DNA of 64,000 nt from an uncultured Gemmatimonadales bacterium (GCA_963823035.1 CAWGKG010000018.1:192001-256000); one strand, 5' to 3'. Shown: positions 21,066-31,657, counted from the stretch's first letter. The notes: generated from the sequence alone by a model not told the origin. Program-made: numbers and translations.

Positions 21066-23210
21066 TCAGGCTTCGGCTCCCGCCGTGGCCTCGGTGGCCT
21101 CCGCCGGGGCACCGCCAGCTTCCTCCGCGAGCGCCGCCTTGCGCGACAGGCGCAGCCGGCCCTTCTCGTCGATCGAGAGGAGCTTGACCTTGGTGATGTC
21201 GCCCTTCTTGAGGACGTCCTCGGTCCTCTCCGTGCGCTTCTCCTGCAACTCGGAGATGTGGCACAGCCCCTCGACCCCGGGGATGATCTCGACGAACGCG
21301 CCGAAGGTGGTGGTGTTCTTCACCGGCCCCTCGTAGATGCGACCGACCTCGGGCTCCTGGCAGATGGCCTCGATCATCTCGCGGGCGCGCGCACCGGCCT
21401 CGCCGGAGACGGCCGCGATCTTCACCAGACCGGAGTCGTCGATGTCGATCGTGGCGCCGGACTCGTCCTGGATCGCGCGGATGGTCTTGCCCTTCGGCCC
21501 GATGATCTCGCCGATCTTCTCCGGGTTGATCTGGATGGAGACGATGCGCGGCGCGTAGTCCGAAAGGTCACTGCGCGGCTGGCCGAGGGCCTGGTCCATG
21601 ATGTCCAGAATGTGCATCCGGCCCTTGTTGGCACGCTCCAGCGCCTCCTTCATGATCGCGACGTTCAGGCCCTCGATCTTGATGTCCATCTGGATGGACG
21701 TGACGCCCTTGCGCGTGCCGGCGACCTTGAAGTCCATGTCGCCGAGCGCATCCTCCAGCCCGAGGATGTCGGTCAGTACGGCGACGCGGTCGCCCTCCTT
21801 GATCAGTCCCATCGCCACGCCCGCGCAGGCAGCCTTGATCGGCACGCCGGCGTCCATGAGCGAGAGGGAGGAGCCGCACACGGTCGCCATGGACGACGAG
21901 CCGTTGGACTCGAGGATGTCCGATACGATGCGGATCGTGTAGGGAAAGTCCTCATAGGCGGGCAGCAGCGGCTGGATCGCCCGCTCCGCCAGGTTCCCGT
22001 GACCGATCTCGCGCCGTGACGTCCCCCGGAACGGGCGCGCCTCGCCGACCGAGAAGGGCGGGAAGTTGTAGTGGAGCATGAACGACTTCGTGACCTCCTC
22101 ACGGGAGTCGATCGAGTCGATCCGCTGCTCGTCGCGCGACGTGCCGAGCGTGACCGCGGCCAGCGCCTGCGTCTGCCCGCGCGTGAACAGCGCAGAGCCG
22201 TGCGTGCGCGGAAGCACGCCCACCTCGCACGTGATCGGCCGGATCTCGTCGAGCGAGCGGCCGTCGGCGCGCTCGCCCTTCGACAGGATCTGCTCGCGCA
22301 TCGTCTTCTTCTCGATGCCGCGCAGGATCTCTCCGACGTCCTTCTGGTGCTCCACCCACTCGTCGTCCTCCTCCACGAGCTGGCCGACCACGTCCTCCTT
22401 CAGCGCCGCCATCGCCTGCTGGCGCTCCTGCTTGTCGACGAGGTTGAGCGCCTCCTCGACGCGCGCCGCCGCCAGCCCCTCGACCTTCGTCTTGAGGTCG
22501 GCGGACGGGAGCGTGGGCGTCCAGTCCATGTCGGGCACGCGCAGGTCGGCCAGGAGCTCATCCTGGATCGCGCACAGCTCGCGGATCCCCTCGTGGGCGA
22601 CCTCGAGACCCTCGAGGATCACCTCCTCGGCGACCTCGATCGCACCGCCCTCCACCATCAGGATCGCGTCCTTCGTGCCCGCCACCGTGATGTCGAGCTC
22701 GGAGTACTCGAGCTGCTGGAAGGTCGGGTTGAGGACCCACGTGTCCTTGATGCGCCCGATGCGCACCGCGGCGACCGTGTGGTTGAACGGGATCTTCGAC
22801 ATGTTCAACGCCACCGAGGCGCCGATCATGGCGAGCACGTCCGCGTTGTTCTCCTGGTCCGCGGACAGGATGAAGCACGCGATCTGCGTCTCGTACATGA
22901 ACCCGTCCGGGAAGAGCGGCCGGATGGGCCGGTCGATCTGCCGGGCAGACAGGATCTCGTTCTCTCCAGGACGGCCTTCCCGCTTGAAGAAGCCGCCGGG
23001 GATCTTCCCGGCCGCGTAGGTCTTCTCGCGGTACTCGACCGTCAGGGGGAAGAACGGGAGGTGCGTCGGCTTGTCGTCGACGACCGCGGTGCACAGCACG
23101 ACGGTGTCGCCGTACTGCACCAGGCAGGAGCCGTGGGCCAGTCGGGCCATGCGGCCGATCTCGAGCGACAGCGTCCTACCTGCGAACTGGCGCTCCATTC
23201 TCTGGATCAT
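21066..23210 (-). CDS. pnp: Polyribonucleotide nucleotidyltransferase (PNPase)
   Basis: FFPLTV.Y.E, HGSALFTRGQTQ, RREIGHG, ESNGSSSMA, GDMDFKVAG, KH and S1 domains. Confidence 0.98.
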   Translation of the reverse strand: MIQRMERQFAGRTLSLEIGRMARLAHGSCLVQYGDTVVLCTAVVDDKPTHLPFFPLTVEYREKTYAAGKIPGGFFKREGRPGENEILSARQIDRPIRPLFPDGFMYETQIACFILSADQENNADVLAMIGASVALNMSKIPFNHTVAAVRIGRIKDTWVLNPTFQQLEYSELDITVAGTKDAILMVEGGAIEVAEEVILEGLEVAHEGIRELCAIQDELLADLRVPDMDWTPTLPSADLKTKVEGLAAARVEEALNLVDKQERQQAMAALKEDVVGQLVEEDDEWVEHQKDVGEILRGIEKKTMREQILSKGERADGRSLDEIRPITCEVGVLPRTHGSALFTRGQTQALAAVTLGTSRDEQRIDSIDSREEVTKSFMLHYNFPPFSVGEARPFRGTSRREIGHGNLAERAIQPLLPAYEDFPYTIRIVSDILESNGSSSMATVCGSSLSLMDAGVPIKAACAGVAMGLIKEGDRVAVLTDILGLEDALGDMDFKVAGTRKGVTSIQMDIKIEGLNVAIMKEALERANKGRMHILDIMDQALGQPRSDLSDYAPRIVSIQINPEKIGEIIGPKGKTIRAIQDESGATIDIDDSGLVKIAAVSGEAGARAREMIEAICQEPEVGRIYEGPVKNTTTFGAFVEIIPGVEGLCHISELQEKRTERTEDVLKKGDITKVKLLSIDEKGRLRLSRKAALAEEAGGAPAEATEATAGAEA

Positions 23211-23520
23211 CTCTTTCTCTCACTCACTTCGGTTTCGGGCCCGATCGGGCCCATGGATTGACATGCCGAAGCGACGCGCGGTGACGGAGGAGAGAGCGAC
23301 CGCCGCCAGGGGCACCCGGGCGCGTGAGCGTCCGCGTGGCCCGTGCTGCAGCCGGGTCGTGGGTTGAGGCCGTCTCTCGTCCGAGGCTACGTGCATTCGG
23401 CAAACGGATGAGCGGCAATCGTCCCGTAGACGACCGCCGCCCGGGGTACCCGCCCTCGGCGCGTCGATGGCGCATGGGCGCGTCGTACGCGCCGCCGGGG
23501 CAGGAAAGGGCGCCACCCGA

Positions 23521-23781
23521 TCAGTGGCGTAGACCGAGGTCCGCGATGAGCCCGCGGTAGCGCTCGACGTCGGTGCGCCGCAGGTACTCGAGGAGGCGCC
23601 GGCGCCGGCCGACCATCTTGAGGAGGCCGCGGCGACTGTGGTGGTCCTTCTTGTGGGCGTCGAAATGGCTCCGAAGGTGGTCGATGCGCGCCGTAAGGAG
23701 CGCGATCTGGACCGGGGCGCTCCCACGGTCCCCTTCGTGGAGCTGGTGCTTCTTGATGACTTCTTCCTTGACGATCGGCAT
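23521..23781 (-). CDS. rpsO: 30S ribosomal protein S15
   Basis: [33 protein letters not shown]. Confidence 0.97.
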   Translation of the reverse strand: MPIVKEEVIKKHQLHEGDRGSAPVQIALLTARIDHLRSHFDAHKKDHHSRRGLLKMVGRRRRLLEYLRRTDVERYRGLIADLGLRH

Positions 23782-23850
23782 GGGCCGTCGTGCCTCCGCG
23801 AGAGTCTGTGCTGCAAGGGAAGCCGAGCTTCATGAACTAAGCCTGGTAAG

Positions 23851-24804
23851 CTAGCTCAAGTCGCCCTCGCGGTCCAGAACTGCCCGAGCCACCTCGACGT
23901 CCTCGCGGATCTGGTCCACGAGCGCGCCGGCCGTCGAAAACGGTCGTACCTCGCGCAGGTACTCCACGAAATCGACGCGCACCTCCTCACCGTAGAGGTT
24001 CTGGTCCAGGTCCATCAGATGGAGCTCGATGGTGGGTGGAGAGCCCTTGAAGGTGGGTCGTGGCCCGATGTGGAGCGCGCCCTTGTGCGTGCCCGAGCGG
24101 AGCACCCCGCGCACCGCGTAGATCCCGGGCGGCGGGATGAGCTTGTCCGCGTTGGCCACCTTGAGGTTGGCCGTGGGGAAACCGAGCTGCCGGCCGCGTC
24201 CGTCTCCCCGCACCACCACGCCGCGCAGGGAGTAGGGCCGTCCGAGGCCGGCCCGCGCCTCGTCCATCCGCGCCTCGGTCACGGCGCGTCGTATGCGCGA
24301 GGAGGACACGGCGCCCCCTTCGGTCTCGACGGGCGGGACGACGTCCACCGCGAACCCCAGCTCGTCACCGATGGTGCGCAGCGTGTCCGCGTCGCCCGAG
24401 CGGTCGCGACCGAAACCGTGGTCGTACCCGATCACGAGCTCGCAGACACCCATGCGTTCGACCAGGATCTCCTCCACGAACCGGCGGGGCTCGTAGCGCG
24501 ACAGCGTCTCCGTGAAGGAGATGAAGACCGCGTAGTCGAGGCCGCTCTCGGCCAGGATCTCCTTCTTCTCCACCGGCGTGGTCAGCAGCGGCGGCGCGTG
24601 CTGCGGCCGGACGATGCGCAGCGGGTGGGGATCGAACGTGACGAGCACGCTGCTCCGACCCGTCGCGGCCGCTCTCTTCCGGATCTCCTGGAGGACCGCC
24701 CAGTGCCCGCGGTGCACCCCGTCGAACGTCCCGACCGTGACCACGGTACCTCTTCCGTCCGGGATCCCCGGCTCGTACGCCCACCGGACCCCCTCGTCAG
24801 CCAT
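23851..24804 (-). CDS. ribF: Bifunctional riboflavin kinase/FAD synthetase
   Basis: GTFDGVHRGH, TFDPHP, GYDHGFG, VSSSRIR, GRQLGFPTAN. Confidence 0.96.
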   Translation of the reverse strand: MADEGVRWAYEPGIPDGRGTVVTVGTFDGVHRGHWAVLQEIRKRAAATGRSSVLVTFDPHPLRIVRPQHAPPLLTTPVEKKEILAESGLDYAVFISFTETLSRYEPRRFVEEILVERMGVCELVIGYDHGFGRDRSGDADTLRTIGDELGFAVDVVPPVETEGGAVSSSRIRRAVTEARMDEARAGLGRPYSLRGVVVRGDGRGRQLGFPTANLKVANADKLIPPPGIYAVRGVLRSGTHKGALHIGPRPTFKGSPPTIELHLMDLDQNLYGEEVRVDFVEYLREVRPFSTAGALVDQIREDVEVARAVLDREGDLS

Positions 24805-25681
24805 GGACGAACACCTTCCGTGGCAGGAAGGTGGCGTGGCGCACCTCGCCCACGGCGACGAGCGCGCCTTCGTGCGCCGCCGCGGTGGGCCCTCCGTCGG
24901 GCGCGCCCTCCACGGGCACCGCCTGGCCGTGGCCGATCGCCGCCACGCCGCCGGCATCGACCTCGACGCGGGGGAAGTGGCCGATGGCCGCGAGCGGGTC
25001 GATCCAGGCGGACGCGACCCTCGCCTCGTCCATCAACTCGTCCGGCCGCAGCGCACCCTCCACGGAGAACCCCCCGATCGCCGTACGCCGCAGGGCGGTC
25101 AGATGCGCACCCACGCCGAGCGCCTCCCCCATGTCTCGCGCGAGCGAGCGCACGTACGTCCCGCTCGAGCATCGTACACGCAGGTACGCGTCCGGCGCTT
25201 CGAAGCGAACCACCGTGAGCTCGTGGACGGTGACGGGCCGGGCCTCCAGCCGCACCTCCTCGCCGCGCCTGGCGCGCCGGTGGGCCGCTTCTCCGTCGAT
25301 CTTCTTGGCGCTGAAGCTGGGCGGCCGCTGTGCGATGGTGCCGCACAGGCCCGCGGCGGCGGCCTCCAGCGCTTCGAGCGTCACCTCCCGCCATGCCTCC
25401 GAGGTGGACACGACCCGTCCTTCCCGGTCCTCCGTGTCCGTGGCCACGCCGAGCCGGGCCGTGGCCTCGTACGTCTTGTCCATCCCCGTGAGGAACTCGG
25501 CCAGGCGGGTCGCCTGGCCGACGCACACCAGGAGGAGGCCCGACGCGAAGGGGTCGAGCGTGCCGGTGTGCCCCACGCGCCGCTCGCCGAGCGCCTTGCG
25601 TGTCGTCGCGACCACGTCGTGCGAGGTGGGTCCCTCGGGCTTGTCGAGCGGGAGGACGGCGTCGCGGGCGCGGGATGTCAC
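24797..25681 (-). CDS. truB: tRNA pseudouridine(55) synthase
   Basis: DKPEGPTSHDVV, VGHTGTLDPFASG, CSSGTYVRSL, LRRTAIG. Confidence 0.96.
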   Translation of the reverse strand: MTSRARDAVLPLDKPEGPTSHDVVATTRKALGERRVGHTGTLDPFASGLLLVCVGQATRLAEFLTGMDKTYEATARLGVATDTEDREGRVVSTSEAWREVTLEALEAAAAGLCGTIAQRPPSFSAKKIDGEAAHRRARRGEEVRLEARPVTVHELTVVRFEAPDAYLRVRCSSGTYVRSLARDMGEALGVGAHLTALRRTAIGGFSVEGALRPDELMDEARVASAWIDPLAAIGHFPRVEVDAGGVAAIGHGQAVPVEGAPDGGPTAAAHEGALVAVGEVRHATFLPRKVFVHG

Positions 25682-26058
25682 GCCTCGGGCTCCGGGTCCG
25701 GCGGCTCGGCGTCGTCGGGGGGAAGCACCTCGTGCAGAATGCGCTCGATGCGCTGCGCCTGCTCGAAGGAGCGGTCCGGCTGGAAGCGCAGCTCCGGCAC
25801 CCGGCGGATGTGCAACTCCTGCCCGAGCGTCTTGCGCAGGAAGGGCGCCGCGGCCGCGAGCCCCTCCATCGCGGCGGCACGCTCCGCCTCCGTGCCCATC
25901 ATCCGGACGAAGACGCGCGCCGACCCGAGGTCGGCGGCCACCTCGACGCCGGTCACCGACACCATGCCGATGCGGGGGTCCCGTACCCCGGTCCGGAGGA
26001 GCCCGGCGATCTCCCGCTTGAGCTGCTCGTTGAGACGTGCGAGACGCTTGGAGGGCAT
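25678..26058 (-). CDS. rbfA: Ribosome-binding factor A
   Basis: RDPRIG.VSVT.V, DL..ARVFV, RRVPELRF..D.S. Confidence 0.95.
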   Translation of the reverse strand: MPSKRLARLNEQLKREIAGLLRTGVRDPRIGMVSVTGVEVAADLGSARVFVRMMGTEAERAAAMEGLAAAAPFLRKTLGQELHIRRVPELRFQPDRSFEQAQRIERILHEVLPPDDAEPPDPEPEA

Positions 26059-26074
26059 GAGCTTTGAAGAGCCT

Positions 26075-26356
26075 TCAGTGGAAGTCGCGGCGTTGATCGA
26101 CGACCAGCGCGCGGCCGTTGTCCTGCACCATGCGATCGGCCTTGTCGAGGACGCTCTCGGCGAAGCGCCGGTCGGTCGCCACCATCGCCACCGAGATCTC
26201 CGCGCGGGTGAGGACGTCCTGCTGTCCGGTCTCCGCGACGGAGAGGTGGAACCGGCCCCGCAAGCGGTCCTTCAGCGACCGGACCACCGTGCGCTTCTCC
26301 TTCAGCGACGCGCACCCCGGAAGGGACAGCTGCCACGTCTGCCAGGCGACGATCAT
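26075..26356 (-). CDS. DUF503 (YlxP-like) protein
   Basis: SLKEKR.VVRSL..RLR.RF.LSVAE...QD; located between infB and rbfA. Confidence 0.9.
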   Translation of the reverse strand: MIVAWQTWQLSLPGCASLKEKRTVVRSLKDRLRGRFHLSVAETGQQDVLTRAEISVAMVATDRRFAESVLDKADRMVQDNGRALVVDQRRDFH

Positions 26357-26405
26357 CGATGGACCGCGACGCTGCGGCCGTGCGCGGACGGTGGCCGTGG
26401 CCGGC

Positions 26406-29166
26406 TCAGCCGGTTCCGGCCAGCGTCCTGGCCACCTCCTCGACCGTGTAGCACTCGATGACGTCGCCGACCTTGATATCGTTGAAGTTCGCGATGCCGA
26501 TTCCGCACTCGTACCCCTCTCGGACCTCACGGACGTCGTCCTTGAAGCGCTTGAGCGAGGACAGCTCGCCGTCGTACACCACGATGCCGTCGCGGATGAG
26601 GCGGGCCCGACCCTTCCGGTCGATACGCCCCTCCGTCACGTAGCAGCCGGCGATCATGCCGACCTTGGTGATGCGGAACGTCTCGCGAACCTCGGCGGCG
26701 CCGGCCACCGTCTCCTTCTTCTCCGGCGACAGCATCCCTTCGAGGGCGGAGCGCACGTCGTCCACGGCCTCGTAGATGACGTCGTAGACCTGGATGTCCA
26801 CGTCGGAGCGCTCGGCCTCGAGGCGCGCCGCCGTCTGCGGACGCACGCGGAAGCCGATGATGACCGCCCCGGCCGTCTGCGCCAGGAGGACGTCGGACTC
26901 GTTGATCGCGCCGACGCCGCGGTGGATGATCTCCACCCGCACCTCGTCCGTGCCGAGCTGCTCGAGGGAGTCCGCCACCGCCTGGACCGAGCCGTCCACG
27001 TCGCCCTTGATGACGAGCGGGAGCGTGGCGGTCCGACCCTCGGCCACCAGCTGGGAGAAGTCACCCAGCTTGAAGCCGCGCTCGCGGATGCGGAGCTGCT
27101 TCTCGCGGTCGAGCCTCTGACGCGCCTGCGCGATCTCGGCGGCGCGGTCCGCGTCCATCACCTGGAAGACGTCGCCGGCCTGCGGGACGCCCGCGGCGCC
27201 GAGCACCTGGGCCGGCATCCCCGGACCGACCTCGTCGATCGCCTTGCCGCGCTCGTCGAGCAGCGCGCGCACCCGGCCGTCGAACTTGCCCACCAGGAAC
27301 GAGTCGCCCACGCGCAAGGTGCCGCGCTGCACCAGCGTCGAGACGACGGGCCCCTTGCCCACGTCGAGCTGGGCCTCGACCACCGTGCCCTGGGCCTCAC
27401 GATCCGGATTGGCCTTCAGCTCGAGGATCTCGGCCTGCAACAGCACCTTCTCGAGGAGCTCGTCGATGCCCGCCCCGGTCTTCGCCGAGATCTCGGCCAC
27501 GAGGGTGTCTCCCCCGAAGTCCTCCGTCTGCACGGAGTGCTGCAGCAGCTCCTGCTTCACACGGCCCGGATTGGACGCCGGCAGGTCGATCTTGTTGATC
27601 GCCACGATCATGGGCACGCCCGCGTTGCGGGCATGGCTGATCGCCTCGATGGTCTGCGGCATGACCGAGTCGTCCGCCGCGACGATCAGGATCACCACGT
27701 CCGTGACGTCTGCGCCGCGCGCTCGCATGGCCGTGAAGGCGGCGTGGCCAGGAGTATCCAGGAAGGTGATGCTGCGCTCGTCCGGCAGCTTCACGTGGTA
27801 GGCACCGATGTGCTGCGTGATCCCGCCGGCCTCGCCAGCCACCACGTTGGTCTTCCGGATCCGGTCGAGAAGCAGCGTCTTCCCGTGGTCGACGTGTCCC
27901 ATGACCGTGACCACCGGCGGACGCGGCTTGAGCGTCTCCGGGCGCGTCCTCCTCCTCCTCTTCCTCCGACTCGGCCGAGTACTCCTCCTCACGCACGGCC
28001 GTGAAGCCGAACTCGTCGAGCAGCATCTCGATCTGGTCGAAGTCGAGGCGCTGGTTGATCGTCACGAGCAGCCCGACGTTCTTGAAGGCCGACCCGATGA
28101 TCTCGGTGGACGAGACGTCCATCAGCTCGGCGAGCTCCGCGACGGTCAGGAACTCGTTCACGCGCACCGTCCGGGCCTCGCGCTCGCGCTCCTGGCGCTG
28201 CTCCTCCTGCTGGGCCTCCGCCGCCTCGCGGGCCTGGCCCTTGCGGCGCTTCTTCTTCCCACCGCCGCTGCCACCCTTCAGTTCGGCCATGACGCGCTGG
28301 ATGTTCTCCTGCACGGCGTCCTGGTCGACGCGCTGGCGCTTCTTCCCCTTCTTGCCCCGCTCGCGCTCCTTCTTGCGGCCGTCGGGCGTGTACCCCTCGG
28401 CCTGGATGCGCACCTGGCCACCGGGGCCCGCGCTCGCCGCAGGTGCCGGCGCCGGACGCCGGATCGTGCGGATGGGGCCCTCCGGCTGGCCCTGGCGTGC
28501 GGGCTCGGGCTTACCGGGACCCCGCGGCCGAGGCGTCAGCACCTCGGAGTCGGGGTCGGGCTCGGGCTCGGCCTCGGCGGCGACCTCCGCGGGCATCCCT
28601 TCGGCCGGCTCGGGCTCCTCGTCCTCGGGAGCCTCTTCCTCGGCGGCCTCCTCGACCTCGGCCTCCGCCTCCGGCTCCTCGGACTCGGCCTCGGCCTCCT
28701 CGTCGTCGGCCTCCCCCACGTCGTCGGGCTCGGCGGCGGCTTGGATCTCCTCCTCCTCGTCCTCGTCCGCCTCCTCGTCCGCCTCCTCGTCGAACTCCTC
28801 CTCGAGCTCGTCCGGCTCCTCGGACTCCTCCGCCGCATCCATCTCGGCAGCGGCCTCCGGAGCCTCTTCCTCCTCGGCCTCCGCCTCCTCCTCGGACTCC
28901 GGCTCCGGCTCCGGCTCGGCAGCGACCCTGCGGCGACGGCGACGACGCGGCCCGGCGGACGCCTCCTCCAGCGCGGCCTTGATGGCCGCGGCCGGATCCT
29001 TGTGGCCGGCACGACGCTCACGCTCCACCCTGGCCAGCACCTTGGCCACCTGGCCGTCGGTGATGGGCGTGTCCTCGTCGGGGATGGGAATTCCCATCTC
29101 CCTGAGGAGGTGGATGAGGGCCTCAGTGTCGACCTTGAGGTCCTGGGCTAGCTCGATGACCCGCAT
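26406..29166 (-). CDS. infB: Translation initiation factor IF-2; one frameshift near 27945, probably a sequence error
   Basis: N-terminal MRVIELAQDL and TVAELAELM..VTINQRLD are in one frame; G domain RPPVVTVMGHVDHGKT, GGITQHIGAY, DTPGH, NKID is in another. Confidence 0.96.
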
Positions 29167-29167
29167 G

Positions 29168-29521
29168 CTATCGCTCTTCCTCCGCTGCTTCCGACCCCAC
29201 GCCGCCACCGAGGTCCAGCCTCTGCCGGAGCTGCTCGGCCAACGACGCCGACGTCACCGCGAGGGCGGAGATCGGTCCCCGTCCCACGGCGGCGCCTAAC
29301 GTGGCGCGATCCCCCAGGAAACCCTGGGGGATCGGCCGGTTCCTCAACGCACTGCGTATCTTGTCCAACTGGACGCTCGAAGCGTCACCAGCCATCAAAA
29401 TCAACTGGGCCTCGCCCCGACGGACGGCCCGGCGCGCCTGATCGGTCCCCGGCGCAACCGCGCCCGCCCGGCGGGCCAGGCCGAGAAGCTGGAGAGCCTC
29501 AGCCCTCCTGCTCCCCTCCAT
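29168..29521 (-). CDS. L7Ae/L30e family RNA-binding protein (YlxQ-like)
   Basis: LLGLARRAG...G, LILMAGDAS, LGAAVGR; between nusA and infB. Confidence 0.88.
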   Translation of the reverse strand: MEGSRRAEALQLLGLARRAGAVAPGTDQARRAVRRGEAQLILMAGDASSVQLDKIRSALRNRPIPQGFLGDRATLGAAVGRGPISALAVTSASLAEQLRQRLDLGGGVGSEAAEEER

Positions 29522-30932
29522 CTTCGGCCTCCTCGCCGCCTTCGTCCGCGTCTTCCGCGGTCTCGCCCGAGGGGGGCTCACCCTCGACGAGCCCGAAGAG
29601 CGACCCCGCCCCCTCGGCCCCGGCGGCAGCCTGGTTCTCGCCCTCGACCACCGTGAGCTCGTCGATCAGCTGCAGGAGACGATCCGCCTCCGGCTCGCCG
29701 ATCCCCGGAATCGCAAGGAAATCCGCGCGTTCCAGGTCGATGATCTGAAGAAAGGTATCATACCCGGCGGTCGAGAGCGCCGCCAGTGTCAACGCCTGAA
29801 GATCCAGCTCGGAGAGCGGGAAATCCGCAGTCTCGTAGTGCTCCTCCGGACCCCCCGAGAACAGCGACAGATCGGCGCCTTTCTCGAGCCACTCACGCGA
29901 CCCGTAGAGGTCGATCTGCCACCCGATGAGCTGGGAGGCCAGACGCACGTTCTGACCGTTGCGCCCGATCGCCAGCGACAGCTGATCCTCGTCCACGATG
30001 GCCGTGATCACCTGCCGCGCCGGATCGCTCAGCACTTTGGATACGCGGGCCGGCGCGAGGGCGCGACGCGCGAACACCTCGGTGTCCGGATGCCAGGGGA
30101 CGATGTCGATGCGCTCGCCGCCGAGCTCCGACACCACCGCCTGCACGCGGGATCCCTTCAGGCCGACGCACGCCCCCACCGGATCGATCGAGTCGTCCCT
30201 GCTGTACACGGCGATCTTCGTACGGCCACCGACCTCGCGCGCGATCTCCTTGATCTCGACGATGCCCTGATAGATCTCGGGGACCTCGAGCTTGAAGAGC
30301 GCCGACACGAAAAGCGGATCCGCCCGCGACAGGATGAGGCGCGGCCCCTTCGGTGTCTCCTCGACCTTCTTCAGCACGGCCCGGATGGGGTCCCCCTGCC
30401 GGAACCGCTCGCGCGGGTTCTGCTCCTTCCAGGGGATGATCGCGTCGGCGTCGCGCTGACGGTTCAGCATCACCACCAGCTTGCCGCGCTCGATCTGCTG
30501 CAACTCGCCCGAGAGCAGCTCGCCCACGCGGTCCGCGAACTCATCGCGGATGCGGTCACGCTCGTTCTCCCGCACGCGCTGCACGATGCGCTGCTTCACG
30601 GCCATTACGGCGTTTCGCCCGAACTCCGCGAAGTTCACCGGGATCTCCATGACGTCACCTACCTCGTAGGTGTCGTCGTCCCAACGGGCCTCCTCGAGGG
30701 CGATCTCGCACGAGGGGTCCTCGACTTCCTCCACGACGCGGCGCAGCACCACGATGTCGAACTCGCCGCTGTCCTCGTTGATGGAGATCTCGGCCTGCAC
30801 GTTCGGACCGTGGATGCGCGCGAGGCCCGCGAGGATCCCATCCTTGACGAGATCGTTCATCTCCTCCGGGGACAGGCTCTTCGTCGAAGCCACGTCCCTG
30901 AAGGCCGCTACGATTTGTGCGGCATTGGCCAT
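29499..30932 (-). CDS. nusA: Transcription termination/antitermination factor NusA
   Basis: FGR.A..KQ.I.Q, ILSR, LF.LEVPEI, DPVGACVG.KGSRV, LSLAIGRNGQNVRLAS. Confidence 0.97.
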   Translation of the reverse strand: MANAAQIVAAFRDVASTKSLSPEEMNDLVKDGILAGLARIHGPNVQAEISINEDSGEFDIVVLRRVVEEVEDPSCEIALEEARWDDDTYEVGDVMEIPVNFAEFGRNAVMAVKQRIVQRVRENERDRIRDEFADRVGELLSGELQQIERGKLVVMLNRQRDADAIIPWKEQNPRERFRQGDPIRAVLKKVEETPKGPRLILSRADPLFVSALFKLEVPEIYQGIVEIKEIAREVGGRTKIAVYSRDDSIDPVGACVGLKGSRVQAVVSELGGERIDIVPWHPDTEVFARRALAPARVSKVLSDPARQVITAIVDEDQLSLAIGRNGQNVRLASQLIGWQIDLYGSREWLEKGADLSLFSGGPEEHYETADFPLSELDLQALTLAALSTAGYDTFLQIIDLERADFLAIPGIGEPEADRLLQLIDELTVVEGENQAAAGAEGAGSLFGLVEGEPPSGETAEDADEGGEEAEDGGEQEG

Positions 30933-30942
30933 CGTTCCCCTC

Positions 30943-31425
30943 TCACGTCCACGTGAAAACGAGGTTGGCACCCGCGATCTCGTCCCGCGGAATGCTCACC
31001 TCGTCGCCGTCGGGCAGCCGCAGCTTCACGGCTGCTGCCCCTTCGTCCAGGCCGAGAAGCTCCCCTTCGAGCCTCCGGGCCCTTCCCGCGAGGATGTCGT
31101 GCCCCTTCACGGCCACACGCTCCCCGCGAAACCGCTGGTAGTCACGGTCCCGCAACAGGGGGCGGTCGACCCCTGGCGACGAGACCTCCAGCACGTATCG
31201 CTCCGGCAGATCCTCACGCTCGTCCAGCCACGGCTCGAGCGCCCTGCTCACCTGCGCGCAGTCGTCCACGGTCACGCCGTTTCCGGGCGTCGAGCCCGAA
31301 CGATCGATCCGCACCCGGAGGGCCGGGCGTCGCTTGCTCCCTCCCCAACGGATGTCGACCAGCTCGAAGCCCAGGGCTTCGACGCGGACCCCCATCTCGT
31401 GATCGATCTCGGCGATGGACCTCAT
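30943..31425 (-). CDS. rimP: Ribosome maturation factor RimP
   Basis: LGFELVD, LRVRID, GVTVDDC..VSR, Y.LEVSSPGVDRPL. Confidence 0.95.
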   Translation of the reverse strand: MRSIAEIDHEMGVRVEALGFELVDIRWGGSKRRPALRVRIDRSGSTPGNGVTVDDCAQVSRALEPWLDEREDLPERYVLEVSSPGVDRPLLRDRDYQRFRGERVAVKGHDILAGRARRLEGELLGLDEGAAAVKLRLPDGDEVSIPRDEIAGANLVFTWT

Positions 31426-31470
31426 CCCCGCGCCCTCCTCAAACACCCCCGACCAAGCCCACACACGAAT

Positions 31471-31502
31471 AAAAAAGCGGGGGCCACCAACTCCCCCACT
31501 TC
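31471..31502 (-). terminator. rimP-leader-type intrinsic terminator/attenuator in the 5' UTR of the rimP-nusA-infB operon
   Basis: Minus strand GAAGTGGGGG-agttggtgg-CCCCCGC-TTTTTT: a stem with G-U pairs followed by a U-tract, between the promoter and the rimP start. Confidence 0.7.
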
Positions 31503-31541
31503 GCAAACGGCCATCTGAACAGCCGTCTCTGCCGGTCCCCG

Positions 31542-31570
31542 AATATAGACGAGGGCCCCGCCTCCCTCAA
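31542..31570 (-). promoter_or_regulatory. Putative sigma-70 promoter of the rimP-nusA-infB operon
   Basis: Minus strand TTGAGG-17 nt-TATATT in a GC-rich background. Confidence 0.55.
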
Positions 31571-31657
31571 GGGAGAGGCTCGGGGCCCCCCGCCGGACAC
31601 GTGAACGAGTGCCCGATCGTGGCCGTCTCCTGGTTCCGTGGCGGCCGCCTTCGTGCG

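Noticed and set aside
27930..27990. Programmed frameshift in infB
   Set aside because: No slippery heptamer is evident. The break lies next to a (GAG)n repeat in an assembly with many similar indels.
28540..28930. Short tandem repeats (GGCTCC, TCC) as a DNA repeat element
   Set aside because: They simply encode the Glu/Pro/Ala low-complexity region of IF2.
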